DNA from: Rhynchopus sp. YZ270_cl-10
Lineage: Eukaryota
Direction of reading: 5' to 3'
Length of the DNA: 64,000 bases
Assembly: GCA_964035575.1 (NCBI GenBank)
Contig: OZ037843.1
Location: 1,302,001 to 1,366,000, forward strand
This document shows positions 1 through 11,439 of the stretch, piece by piece (the stretch's first letter is position 1; the number at the start of each line of letters is the position of its first letter). A program made the position numbers and the translations under genes. Below the pieces are notes generated by a model. That model saw only the letters and a program-made list of their open reading frames with translations, did no database searches and was not told the DNA's origin.

Positions 1-927
1 AGTCGTTTTTGGGCGAGTTGTCGGAACTTTACGATTTCACCTAACAACTCGCCCAAAACTCGGACAACTCGGCCACAACTCGCCCTATACTCGGCACAAC
101 TCGCCCTATACTCGGCACAACTCGGCCACAACTCGGCCACAACTCGCCCATTTTTACAGGCAAAAACATACAGGGATGGGAGGTGACGTTGTAAGGTTAC
201 ACACATGTAACGTTGGTACAACACATGATCTCAAGAAAAACAACCAGGGCTAAGGCCAAACGCCACTCATTACATGCACCTTGTCATATGACTAGTCATA
301 GGTGGTAACTAGGTCGTGGTGGTCCATGGGCCACCGTGCACACTCACGGTTTTTGGTAATTGCTGGGGGGAATGGGATATACTCCGTACATGGATACCCA
401 CACAGAACACACGGTTCCCCAGACATCTGTCAGGCAATCACTGATTCACTTCACACAGGTCGGGCAGGCGCTGCCTGCCCATCCTCTTTTCCTGTCTGCT
501 ATCGATTCCAGGTTCACAACGTTCACACGTTTAGTCAAAATGCTTTGGGCGACGACTTCCTTTGGGATACACAAAACCACACAAAGCGCACATTCACAGA
601 CCAGCTGTGAAGCGTGGGATGCACAAGATAAAACGTGATGTGGTGTACCTGTGTACCTGTGTACCTGTGTACCTGTGTACCTGTGTACCTGTGTACCTGT
701 GTACCTGTGTACCTGTGTACCTGTGTACCTGTGTACCTGTGTACCTGTGTACCTGTGTACCTGTGTACCTGTGTACCTGTGTACCTGTGTACCTGTGTAC
801 CTGTGTACCTGTGTTTTTGTAGCCATAAAAAATCCCAAAAAAAAACAACTCGCCCAAAAAAAATGGGCGAGTTGTTGGCCGAATTTGGGCGAGTTGCCGA
901 GTTGTTTTAACTCGCCGGGCACCTATG
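1..927. mobile_element. Non-autonomous TIR element (left end outside the window) with CAACTCGCCC subterminal repeats
   Basis: Clusters of caactcgccc/caactcggc at 45-150 and inverted gggcgagttg at 865-905. Ends ...cacctatg, the same CCTATG terminus as the 14754-15265 element. Confidence 0.6.
643..810. repeat. Tandem repeat (GTGTACCT)x21
   Basis: Perfect 8-bp array. Confidence 0.97.
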
Positions 928-1335
928 CGGCGGAGTCCCCCCCCCCTTGTCCTCAGGGTGCTAAACGTCCCTGCCCCTACTAAATGCAAGTTAAGACCTT
1001 ACAGGGTATAAAATTACCGCTGTTGGAGAAGCTGTGGGATGTCCTCATCGGGTATCCCACAGAGAGTGCGCCGGTTACACACGATACACTTCCAAGCGGA
1101 AAAACAGACTTTACCCCCATAAAAAGTTTAAAAACACACCCCAAAACACATGACCCAAGAATGGCGCAAAGAGGCTGGGAGGGGACCTTCTTGGTCTCAC
1201 ACTCCCGGGTGGTGAAAGCGTATTGCCTGCTTTTGAAAGAGACGGGACACTCGTTCCGGAGAACCAAGAAACCCCTGCCCTGTTTACACAGGTGCAATGA
1301 AAATTACGTGAAAAGTTCGAGAAGGTAGGTATATA

Positions 1336-1921
1336 CCGTAAAAATATTTATTCTGGGCCGGAACAAAACTGGAACACCCCAAAAAATCGTCGATTGTTCC
1401 AGTTTTGTTCCGCACCAGTATTGTTTTGGGGGGGTATCCGTGCCTTGTCAAAAAAAACGAGGAGTGCGACGAATTTTTTGGGGACTCCGGTCCATTGGCG
1501 CACCCGGACTTATTGGCTACGACCGTCGCCCAGTTTTTACGTACCCGCGCTACACCATGCACATGCTCGAACACGTCATCGTACGTGCCAAAATTACGAA
1601 CTCCGGCTGGGGAAATGACATCATCCCTGACAACAAACTTGTAGAAGCCAGCGCAGCTGATGCTGTGCGATAACGAATATGATAAGGTGACTAAGCACGA
1701 GAGGCTTAGGATCATCTTATAAACTTTTCTTTTTTTTGCCCAAAGATGCACTATGCACCTGGGTGGGGTGGGAATGTGGATAAAAATTCTACCCCAACAG
1801 AACTGTTCTGGGCCGGAACAAAACTGGGACACCCCGAAAAACCCCAAGTGTTCCAGTTTTGTTCCGGTCCAGTATACTTCTGTCTCAGAATAGTTACAGC
1901 CCAGAATAAATATTTTTACGG
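1336..1921. mobile_element. MITE with 23-bp TIR and TA target duplication (Tc1/mariner-like)
   Basis: TA|ccgtaaaaatatttattctgggc ... gcccagaataaatatttttacgg|TA; internal ggaacaaaactgg repeats. Confidence 0.85.
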
Positions 1922-2022
1922 TAGTGTTTTTGTAACTGTTCTGCCCTGTCTCTGCAGAAGTGTCAGCTCTGTCGTTTTGCTAAGCTCCACTGCATGTTTC
2001 TTTATTTAGTTCTACCCTTACA

Positions 2023-2315
2023 AGAACACTGATGAGTTTATACTTGGTTACCCTGCTTGAGTAAAGTTCTTGGTTGAGCCCAGGTGATGAGCGGATGGGC
2101 TCGTCTTTCATGGGTTCGAGTTCTTGTGGTCTCTTGTGTGGATCGAGTATTTGTTGTTCGGATATTTTTCATGTTTCTTTCTATGTGCTGCTTGCACTCT
2201 GTTTGTTCTTCCTGCTTCACGAACACTGATGAGTATATACTTGGTTATCCTGCTTGAGTAGAGTTCTTGGTTGAGCCCTGGTGACGAGATTGAGTGCCGA
2301 TGGGCTCGTCTCTCA
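2023..2315 (+). repeat. Degenerate direct repeat, ~85-bp core, ~198-bp period
   Basis: gaacactgatgagt.tatacttggtta.cctgcttgagta.agttcttggttgagccc.ggtga at ~2024 and ~2221. Confidence 0.8.
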
Positions 2316-2483
2316 GGTCGAATGGATTGAGTATTTCTTGTTTGCGTGATTTCATGTTCTTTTTGTGTGCGGGTTTACGGGTTTGCGGGTTTGCGGATTT
2401 GCGGGTCTGCGAGTACGTCACCCCACAGACTTTTGTCTTGTCTTGCATCCTTTCTGTCCCCACACACCACACATCCCCAGACA

Positions 2484-2509
2484 CTCTCTTCCCTTTCTGT
2501 ACACCTCAG
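2484..2509 (+). promoter_or_regulatory. Putative spliced-leader trans-splice acceptor (polypyrimidine tract + AG)
   Basis: ctctcttccctttctgtacacctcAG-aaca-ATG, nearly invariant before all six genes (AG at 2508, 30429, 42438, 46458, 56480, 62781) although sequence further upstream varies. Confidence 0.6.
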
Positions 2510-2513
2510 AACA

Positions 2514-5129
2514 ATGGTGTCATGCGGGATCCAGTCGCTGACAGTGCTGCTGTGTGTGGTGCTGATTCTGTCGACAGGTGCGATCATCGGTGGCTTCACT
2601 CTGTCAACATGGGACGACCTTCTGGAGAAGGCACGTGACACAGGTGACGAGGGCTTCGGGATGTGTCTCGACAGTGGTACGGCGGACATCGAAACGGTCT
2701 CGGCACGCTACCTGCGCTCCGTTCTTGGCAGTGTGGAAACGGCAGTGGTGGAGTACCTGAAGGTGCCTGAGCAGCTCGTCGTCTCACTTGCCACCCTGGC
2801 ACAGGCGCACGACCCAAACATCATCACAAGCCCTGCCTTTGCAGCTTCCCATTTGCGTCCTGCAGTCATGTCTGCTTACAAGGCTGGGTTGGCGTCTGGG
2901 CTTCTACGCTTCGGTCACGAAACGTACCCGTGGTGTGCGACACATCCTGTTCCGTGGAAGAGGGGTGACGGGTTTGCAGGGTGGGGCTCGCGCCTGGAGT
3001 ATAGGACACTGTATGATGGGAGCGCTCCCCTAGAGGCAAATGACACCAGATTTATCGTGCTGTATTCAACACGTGACAACGTAACGCTGGCAGAGGGACT
3101 TTCCGACTATGCTGTCGTAACAGAAATCAACAAGCTGGGTGACATCAGAGACCCCTCACAGCCGTGCAACCCGCAACCTGACCAGAACAAAGGCGAGATG
3201 CGTGGACTGTGCATATATCCCGTCATGATTGTTGAACCCGTGGGCGACACGACAGTTGCCCAACGTGGGAGACAGATGTGGTACCTGGGTGCCGACGATC
3301 CACCACTCAACCCTGTGGACACTCTTGTTTATTCCAGCATGCAGGTGCAGTGGGACTACATGTCCTGGGAGCTGAGCTACACCTACACCCACCCAGATAT
3401 GTACACGATGTACCCCAAGCAGGGCAAGCGTGTGGGTTCAGTAGTTGCCACCGTGACTGCGAAAGGAGTGACCGACGTGGTGCGTGCACAGCTGCTCCCG
3501 ACCGGCACGTCGTTGTACCTGGTGGATTACGACCGTGCATCTGGTTCAGTGGGGACAGTTGTTGCGTACAACAGAGGACGGCACGTGACGTACGTGAGAA
3601 CCCTGAGAGACGTGGGTGCCTACGTGGAAGTTGCGTACAGCATCAACATAACGAACCACTCGATGGAAGACGCGACGTCGCACATCCCCTCAGTGATTGC
3701 AGAGCACGGGCAGTTTGTGTTCACACACCCGCAGAACTACAGAGACCTTGTGGAGAAGACAGAGGACTCCTTCCTGAAGTGGTCTGACTCGAACGGCACG
3801 GAGTTCTGGACAATCACGTCGACAATTGAACACAGAACGATCCTGTGGTATTCAACCCTTCTTGTGCCGAGGACGTCTGTGATGGATACGATTGATGCGT
3901 CGATGAATGCAATCCGTGCGAAGGTGGCATCAGATCTGTCCTCTGCAGACGCACAGAAGGAGGATGCGGTGACTGTGATGGCGATTGTGACGGCTGTTGC
4001 AGTCATCGGACTTCTTGCCATTGCTGTTGTGTTCACACGCTACATCACGTCACCTCTGCTGAAGCTTGGGAGTGAGATGGCAAGTGTGGCTGTGATGGAC
4101 TTGGAGGCTGTGGACACGGGCCGTGCAGTGTCGCAGCTGAGTGAAGTGGGGATGATGCAGCGCAGCTTTGTTACCATGGTGGCGAACCTGGTGGAGTACC
4201 GGAACTACATGCCGCAGAGTGTGCTTGTCAACGAGAGCGACAAAGAGGACGTGTCCGAGACGGATTCTACACAAGATATGAAGTCGCTGTCAGGCTTGTC
4301 CAGGTATTCACGTGCGACACCTCTTTCTGCTGATACGATGCAGAACCAGAAGGCACTGCTGCGTGTGGACGGGATGAAGAAGAAGAAGGTGTCGCTGGCA
4401 CACATGAACGTCGTGTCGTGGCACGCCTTCTGCAAGAAGCGCAAGGACGCAGAGGTGCTCTCCGCACACGCAGGTGTGATTGAGAGGATCCTGACAGCAG
4501 TGCAGCACAACAAGGGTGTGTGCGACACGTTTGCTGGGGACAAGATGCTTGCCACCTTCAACGCCTTTGTTCCGAAGTCGTCGCACAGTGTTTCCTGTGT
4601 GAAGGCTGCACACGAAGCAGCAACAGCACTTGGTGATGTGCACACGATCTCGTATGGGTGCACGACAGGCGAGGCACGTGTCGGGAACATGGGTTGCAAC
4701 GGGATGAAGAAGGTGTCGATTCTTTCGCAGTCCATGTCGTGGGTGGTTGTGCTTGAGCGTTGGAACAAGAAGGAGAACCTGCACGGTGTCGTTGACCGCA
4801 ACTTGTCACGTGAGGCGGAGGGACAGGTGGTGCTCCAGTGTGCAGGTGCTGTGCTGTACGAGAAGTTCAGTGAGAACGCCCAGACTGTGTTTGCTGTGAA
4901 GGGTCTGTGCAGCAGCGAAAACGAGGAGTGGATGTACCAGCTGGAGTCTGCCTCAAACAACCCGCACGCACTGTGGAACGAGGTCTTCGAGCACATCATC
5001 AGACAGGACTTTGAGAAGGCGTCTTCTCTGCTGGACAGCGTCGCTCAGGACCAACGCACACCTTACGAAGAGCTTGTGGGCTATGTGGAGGCGAAGGTTT
5101 ATGCACCGTACGTTGCTGAGCTGCACTGA
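2514..5129 (+). CDS. Receptor-type adenylate/guanylate cyclase-like protein (degenerate class III cyclase), copy 1, 871 aa
   Basis: ORF from the ATG conserved in all six copies (MVSCGIQSL). N-terminal hydrophobic helix, ~460-aa ectodomain, second TM (AIVTAVAVIGLLAIAVVF), HAMP-like segment (ITSPLLKLGSEMASVA..SQLSEVGMMQRSF), cyclase-like motifs GVCDTFAGDKMLATFN and YGCTTGEARVGNMG, C-terminal EEWMYQL. Confidence 0.9.
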   Translation: MVSCGIQSLTVLLCVVLILSTGAIIGGFTLSTWDDLLEKARDTGDEGFGMCLDSGTADIETVSARYLRSVLGSVETAVVEYLKVPEQLVVSLATLAQAHDPNIITSPAFAASHLRPAVMSAYKAGLASGLLRFGHETYPWCATHPVPWKRGDGFAGWGSRLEYRTLYDGSAPLEANDTRFIVLYSTRDNVTLAEGLSDYAVVTEINKLGDIRDPSQPCNPQPDQNKGEMRGLCIYPVMIVEPVGDTTVAQRGRQMWYLGADDPPLNPVDTLVYSSMQVQWDYMSWELSYTYTHPDMYTMYPKQGKRVGSVVATVTAKGVTDVVRAQLLPTGTSLYLVDYDRASGSVGTVVAYNRGRHVTYVRTLRDVGAYVEVAYSINITNHSMEDATSHIPSVIAEHGQFVFTHPQNYRDLVEKTEDSFLKWSDSNGTEFWTITSTIEHRTILWYSTLLVPRTSVMDTIDASMNAIRAKVASDLSSADAQKEDAVTVMAIVTAVAVIGLLAIAVVFTRYITSPLLKLGSEMASVAVMDLEAVDTGRAVSQLSEVGMMQRSFVTMVANLVEYRNYMPQSVLVNESDKEDVSETDSTQDMKSLSGLSRYSRATPLSADTMQNQKALLRVDGMKKKKVSLAHMNVVSWHAFCKKRKDAEVLSAHAGVIERILTAVQHNKGVCDTFAGDKMLATFNAFVPKSSHSVSCVKAAHEAATALGDVHTISYGCTTGEARVGNMGCNGMKKVSILSQSMSWVVVLERWNKKENLHGVVDRNLSREAEGQVVLQCAGAVLYEKFSENAQTVFAVKGLCSSENEEWMYQLESASNNPHALWNEVFEHIIRQDFEKASSLLDSVAQDQRTPYEELVGYVEAKVYAPYVAELH

Positions 5130-5825
5130 GGTTGGGTGTTGCCGTACACAGCATGGACTTGCTCAGTATCGCACCATGTTGTGTCGTGTAGGTTTCTGAT
5201 GCTATATTTTGCCACTGAGTACGCACTTCTTTCCTGATGTGCATGGTTAACGTATTGTGTTGTTTCTTGTCTTTTTCTTTCATGGGTCGTGTTGTTTTTC
5301 GCTGACCTGAGGAAAAATGAGCTCTGTGCAACCCTGTGGAAGAAGTGATCTCCCCCTTTTTTTTATGTGTGTGCGTGACTAAGCACCAAGTGGCTTAGGT
5401 TCAGCTAACCATGCAGCTAGCCTTCTTCGTTTTGTCCTCCACAGAAAACCCTACACCTCTGCCCCGTTCCACAATAGTTCGATAGTCTACAGCTGTACGA
5501 GGGACGGCTTGGTAGAAGTGTCACGTCCCCGCATCCCAGAATAAGAGAGAAGTGTGTTCACGTCGTGATCTTCTCTTCTGCGCGAACAAAATAGAAATCA
5601 CAATCCTTTGTTTTCCTTTTGCAGGTCCTCATAGTAGTTAGCATAATCGCCAAGTCAGTGTCTCTCTTTGCTCTGACCTTGAACGGCGATGTACTGTGGT
5701 CGCGGCTAACATGAACAGGACGTTCAAAGGTTCTCCGTCACCAACCTGGTTGTCCTTAATATTTTTTGCAGCTCACAGCAAGGCAAGAAATGCTATTTTT
5801 TTTTTTTCGGGCATAAAAAATACAT

Positions 5826-6187
5826 GGGATAAGGACAGTCTGGACCACTAAGTGTGGCTTTTGGACAGTTTGGGCCCAAAATGTTTTACAAAAAGACAGT
5901 TAAGGGCAGGCAGTGGTAGTGGTTTCATGGCAAACCCACATAAAACCGAGAGTGCTGGATAAAATACAAAACCCGCAAAACTCGAGGACCCACATACCAT
6001 ACGAGCCTACCAACCTGGACCCCGAGAAACCCACATAAAGCCTATGAGAGTGCTGGTGTACACCGCAAATCAGCAAACCCACATACCCCAACGATGTGTG
6101 CTTGTCGTGTGAACTGACTTTAGTACAAACGTGGTCATAATATTACCTTACTCAAAAAGCCACACATAGTGGAACTGTCCTTATCCC
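5826..6187. mobile_element. MITE with imperfect ~35-bp TIR (GGG...CCC termini)
   Basis: gggataaggacagt..ccactaagtgtggctttt versus aaaagccacacatagtgg.actgtccttatccc. Absent from the homologous spacer at ~33790. TSD not resolved. Confidence 0.6.
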
Positions 6188-8830
6188 AATTAAACAAAAC
6201 TAGAACAAAGAAAGAATCAACCTTTCCCCCTCTTTTTTGCGATCTACTTTTTTAACCACTTTTACCGCACACACGTTTATTTCCTAGAGGGATTTGTACT
6301 GCAAGTCACATTGTCTCCTTTAGACTGAGATGCGGTTTAGTTTCACCTCTTTTATTCCGTTATGTCCACCGCCCCTTCTTCCCCTTCGACTGTATGCTAA
6401 GCAGAAAAGTTCACGATCTTTGTCATTATTTTTGAAACAGTTAGGCAAAGTCGTTTACTTTATCAGAACACCACTGATGTAGCGATATTATACGATTGTG
6501 TTTTCCTTAAGCAAATCAACAGACGGAAAACTCTTTTTGATGCCCCCTTTTCTTTCCTTTTTTTTCCTCCCTTCCTTTTAGTTGAGTTCAAGTATTCCTT
6601 TTAGATGTGTGTGCACGAGGCACATTCACGTTACAACGTTTCTTTTATGACAACAAGATGCCACGGCGCACTTCGGGCACGTTCCCTTACAGTCACGTAC
6701 CGAAGTGCTCCCGCCAGAGGTGTGAGTGAGAGTCACACTTTGTGTGGGGTTTTGGTTCATATTAACTCATTGTGAAGAGCCTCGGGGAGGTGTCCAGTCT
6801 TTTTTTTTTAATTGGTCAAACGCAGGGCGTTCGCTATCGCCATCGTTTTTTCCTGATCGTGGCGAAATGCCAAAACCCCCGAAATTTTCGTTTTTTTACT
6901 AGTGCTTAACATACAAGTATAACGGCCGTCACGACGGGAAAAATTTTTTTTTGTCGGGGAGGTCACGGCCGTGAAGAAATTCTGAAAAATTTAACGGCCG
7001 TGAAATTTTGCATTGATCACGGCCGTGAAATATTTCCACGCTTTTTGCTTGTTTCTTCTTTTTCGTTCGTAGACAGGACCAGACCCCCTTTCCCATCCCT
7101 CCCAAGTCATTCTTGGGGGGTAAAAGCAACATAAAAAGTGCAAAAAAAGTCGGCCCCACTGCGATCGAGAAGCTGACGACACTAATGAGCACTTATGGTG
7201 GTCCTGCCCTGCCTGCGATGCTATACGCTCAGATCCTAGTTTCCACTCCGTCACAACTGCTGACAGGTCGCCGTGGCCTACTGTGTGTCGAACTGTGGAG
7301 TTATCCCTACTGCCCTGAAGGACAGTATTGATGCTACCTCCAGCGTCTGATGGGGAGCATCCTCATACACCGGTTGTCTCTGAACAACAGCCTCCGTATC
7401 AACAATCTGCCACTCACGCCTGGAGAAGTTTTTGGGGTGCCTCAGGAGGTCTTTATACAATGCAATGTGCCTTAGTTTCGAGTACGAAACGTTTCTCCAT
7501 GTATTACACGGGAAACAATATGACAAACAGGTGCAGGGTGGTTCCGTGCATATCATAGAACCTGGCACCTTGTGTGTCTCCCAAAAACCAAAAGCGTTGT
7601 GTGAAGTTTTGAAGGAAGGAAAAATAAAACGTATCAACAATCTGCCACTCACGGCTGGAGAACAGCACAGCTACAACCTTTGTTCCGTCCCCACTATGAC
7701 TTCGACCGGATTCCACTCTCACAGGAAATGGACTTATCCAAACCATCACCTGCGTGCCCTGCTGCGCTCCTGGCTCTCCTCACTGCGCTGGTCTCCCGCT
7801 GCCCGCCCACGTTTTCACCCTACTGTGAATTGTAGTTGGAGCGTGTGGCATTTCTGAGCACTTGTACGTGCTCCCGGTTCTTCAGAGTAACATATTTCTC
7901 GTGTTTCAGCACTTGTAACCGGTTCTTGAGCAAAGTACTCTTCTCACATTTGATGGGCTTTCCGTTGTGGAGCACACATCAATACTGTGAGACGAACCTC
8001 ATCTGTGTTGAACCATTTGCGGTGTTCTTCAGCTTCCGGTGCAAAATCTTCCGACAGAATCAGCACACTATTGAACAACTATCCTCCGTCTTTTTTGTCG
8101 GAAAATAGACCGCATCACGTTTTGCACACCTCTGGATCTTCTTCGCTACGTTGGCGAGATACGCGCAGAGGGAGGGGTCCAACCGTTTGCTCCCGTGAAC
8201 TTGTACTGTTTGCCCGATGTTTTCTTTGGCACAAGAGTGATGAACGGGGTTTGAGTGAGTCCAAACACATCCTTCTCGGGCAAAGAGTAATAAGAGGTTG
8301 TGAGACGCTCGGGACGCTGCGAATTCAGTATGCAGAACTGAAAGGCAGTGTTGAAACCAGAAGATTGCAGATGGCGGGTCAGATGCTGTGTCACTTACCC
8401 CATCAGGTAGATGAGAGCCAGCACCTTGAGAGCAGTGAACACAACACACCGTGGACACAATACATGTGCCAAAAGGCAACAAGACCCTACAAGGAGTACC
8501 CAGTACTCAGCGCAGTTTTCTGTGCGATATCACTTAACCGGTCCTCTCCTGCCCTACCCTCCTTTTCTTCAGGGGTGAAAATCAGGTGGGTTGTGGGAAT
8601 ATAGGGGGAACTGGGTGGGGGTTTGGTCTGTACATTCCTATCCGCGCCTATCCGCGGGGTAAAAATCAGGTGGCCCACTGGGATGGTTCTTGAGTGGCGC
8701 CTTTCTCGTACTTCACTGTGTGTTCCTTCAAAGACTTGTACAAAAATTTCACGGCCGTTGTTTTTTTTTAACGGCCGTGAAATTTTTGTACATAAGAAAG
8801 GCGCTTTTTTTTCACGGCCGTTTTTTTTTA

Positions 8831-10505
8831 CACCTCGTCCCGAATTTTTGTCCGAGAATACGATTACTAATTAGTTACTCCACTAAATAAATCGAGCAAA
8901 AATATGGTGAACTCAGCGGAGCCCGGTTTTAAAAGTGCCAAAAACGACCTTTTCGTTTTGACGCGTTGTGAGTTCCTCAAATACAATTTTGAAGGGTAAA
9001 AAATTCGGGTTTTCTAAGCACAAGCAGTGTTAAGTCAAAAAATTTCGCGAAAAAAAAATAGATTTTTTTTTGCGTTAAAAGCTCGGAACCCAGAAACGTC
9101 CAATGGCGAAGTTTTTTTCTGGTTTCGTTGCACCCTGTATTTTTACTAAAAAATCGAGACAAAGTGATTTTTACCTGGATTTTTGCCTGTATTTTACTAG
9201 GGATTTTCCCTTAGTAAAATACAGGGGAATTATCTAACACCTCGTCCCGAATTTTTGTCCGAGAATACGATTACTAATTAGTTACTCCACTAAATAAATC
9301 GAGCAAAAATATGGTGAACTCAGCGGAGCCCGGTTTTAAAAGTGCCAAAAACGACCTTTTCGTTTTGACGCGTTGTGAGTTCCTCAAATGCAATCTGTGT
9401 ATACTGTGTATACTGTGTATACTGTGTATACTGTGTATACTGTGTATACTGTGTATACTGTGTATACTGTGTATACTGTGTATACTGTGTATACTGTGTA
9501 TACTGTGTATACTGTGTATACTGTGTATACTGTGTATACTGTGTATACTGTGTATACTGTGTATACTGTGTATACTGTGTATACTGTGTATACTGTGTAT
9601 ACTGTGTATACTGTGTATACTGTGTATACTGTGTATACTGTGTATACTGTGTATACTGTGTATACTGTGTATACTGTGTATACTGTGTATACTGTGTATA
9701 CTGTGTATACTGTGTATACTGTGTATACTGTGTATACTGTGTATACTGTGTATACTGTGTATACTGTGTATACTGTGTATACTGTGTATACTGTGTATAC
9801 TGTGTATACTGTGTATACTGTGTATACTGTGTATACTGTGTATACTGTGTATACTGTGTATACTGTGTATACTGTGTATACTGTGTATACTGTGTATACT
9901 GTGTATACTGTGTATACTGTGTATACTGTGTATACTGTGTATACTGTGTATACTGTGTATACTGTGTATACTGTGTATACTGTGTATACTGTGTATACTG
10001 TGTATACTGTGTATACTGTGTATACTGTGTATACTGTGTATACTGTGTATACTGTGTATACTGTGTATACTGTGTATACTGTGTATACTGTGTATACTGT
10101 GTATACTGTGTATACTGTGTATACTACCTGTGTGTGACCGTACCCCAGATGGTCTGAAGAGTGATATGAGCATATTCTCCAGGTACAATATATACCCGGA
10201 GAATCCATTGGAGCAAGAATTTTGCACTTTTGAGCATCACAGATTACATGTTGCCATTTTTGCGGTCATAATATTTTTTCAAATGGCAAAGGCAATTCCT
10301 TAAGGAATTACAGGGAAAATCACCGTTTTGGGTCTCTCTCTCTATGGGTGATTGGGTTTTAGTCACTCAACGAATCTGGTCGATTTTTTTTGCGTGTGCA
10401 TAGGTTTTACCAGAAAAATCAATTAAAGCAAGAATTTTACGGTTTTGAATAGTTGTTCTTTATTTAAAAAAATACCCAGTTTGGACAAAAATTTGGGATT
10501 GAGTG
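8831..10505. mobile_element. CAC...GTG-terminal element flanked by TTA, with duplicated left end
   Basis: TTA|cacctcgtcccgaatttttgtccga ... ttggacaaaaatttgggattgagtg|TTA (degenerate TIR). The 152-bp left end is repeated identically at 8831-8982 and 9238-9389. Confidence 0.65.
9395..10125. repeat. Tandem repeat (CTGTGTATA) x ~81
   Basis: Perfect 9-bp array, ~730 bp. Confidence 0.97.
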
Positions 10506-10769
10506 TTATTTTTCACGGCAACGACGGCAGTGGGTCGAGCATTTTTTTTTCATTTCCGTGACGTCCGTTTTACTTGTATGGCTTAAAATAGGTCAAAAAA
10601 AATTTTCCCGCCGGAGAGAAGTTAGTTCGTGGGGTGAATCCCTGGTACTGAATGGTCAAAAAAAATTTGCGATTTGCGCGTGATCCCTTCCCCAGCACAA
10701 GTGATATTACAGCTGAACTTTCCTGATACTAAAACCAGCAAAACGATGGAGAATTTCATCAATCCCCCC

Positions 10770-10915
10770 TCACTGAGGGTCTCTTTGTGTTGTTTAATCA
10801 AGCAGATGTACAAGAGAGAGGCATCTGTCATCTGAGACTTCATCCTTATTTTGATTATTTTCAACTCTCTGCCATTGAAGATAGAGTTGACACGAGCAGT
10901 GACACCTTCTATATC
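10770..10915 (-). pseudogene. Possible remnant of a hAT transposase C-terminal dimerisation region
   Basis: Minus strand reads VTARVNSIFNGRELKIIKIRMKSQMTDASLLYICLIK, resembling the hATC pattern TAxVERxFSxLKxIKTxxRSxMTDxxL. Lies inside the hAT-like element, with an in-frame stop upstream. Confidence 0.4.
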
Positions 10916-11093
10916 AGGGGGTACGGTACACCTTCAGCAGACTGCAGGATTGAGGAGCGAGCGGGAGTGCTGGGGAAACTTCCTCTCACGGCAGGCGGGT
11001 TTGCGGATGATTTTGAGTACAGTGGACACCCCTCTGCGACCCCCCCTCCGGGGGGGTCTACAGGGTGGTGGGGCTCTCTCTCTTTTTTTTTTT

Positions 11094-11439
11094 GGGAAAT
11101 ATTCATATTGGAACCGAAACTTTGGGGAACCGGTCATTTCGGAACCGGGAACCGGGGAACCGGGAACCGGTTCCCGGGAACCATACGGGGGGAACCAGGG
11201 AACCGGTTCCCGGGGACCGGTTCCCTGGTTCCCGTGTGGTTCCCCCTGTGGTTCCCCGTTACTGGGTACTGGGTACTGGGTACTGGGTACTGGGTACTGG
11301 GTACTGGGTACTGGGTACTGGGTACTTGAACCACACGGGAACCAGTTCCCTGGTTCCCCCCGTATGGTTCCCGGGAACCGGTTCCCGGTTCCGAAATGAC
11401 CGGTTCCCCAAAGTTCTGGTGCCAATATGAATATTTCCC
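11094..11439. mobile_element. Foldback MITE in a poly-T tract with a central (TACTGGG)x9 array
   Basis: gggaaatattcatattgg.acc..aactttggggaaccggtcatttcggaaccggg arm and its inverse; T-runs on both flanks; 7-bp array at 11260-11326. Confidence 0.85.

Larger units (their letters stand above)
6914..10576. mobile_element. TA-flanked TIR element nested in the hAT-like element
   Basis: TA|caagtataacggccgtcacg ... cgtgacgtccgttttacttg|TA (20 bp, 2 mismatches); acggccgt subterminal repeats at 6920-7030 and 8750-8822. Confidence 0.75.

Noticed and set aside
2023..2315. CTGATGAG in the direct repeat as a hammerhead core or C/D snoRNA box
   Set aside because: No GAAA after the putative helix II and no convincing D box or terminal stem.
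446..11430. ORFs such as (YTGTQVHR)n, (CIL)n, (HSI)n, (YTV)n and (GTGYWVL)n
   Set aside because: Translations of perfect tandem repeats that lack stop codons; no evidence of coding.
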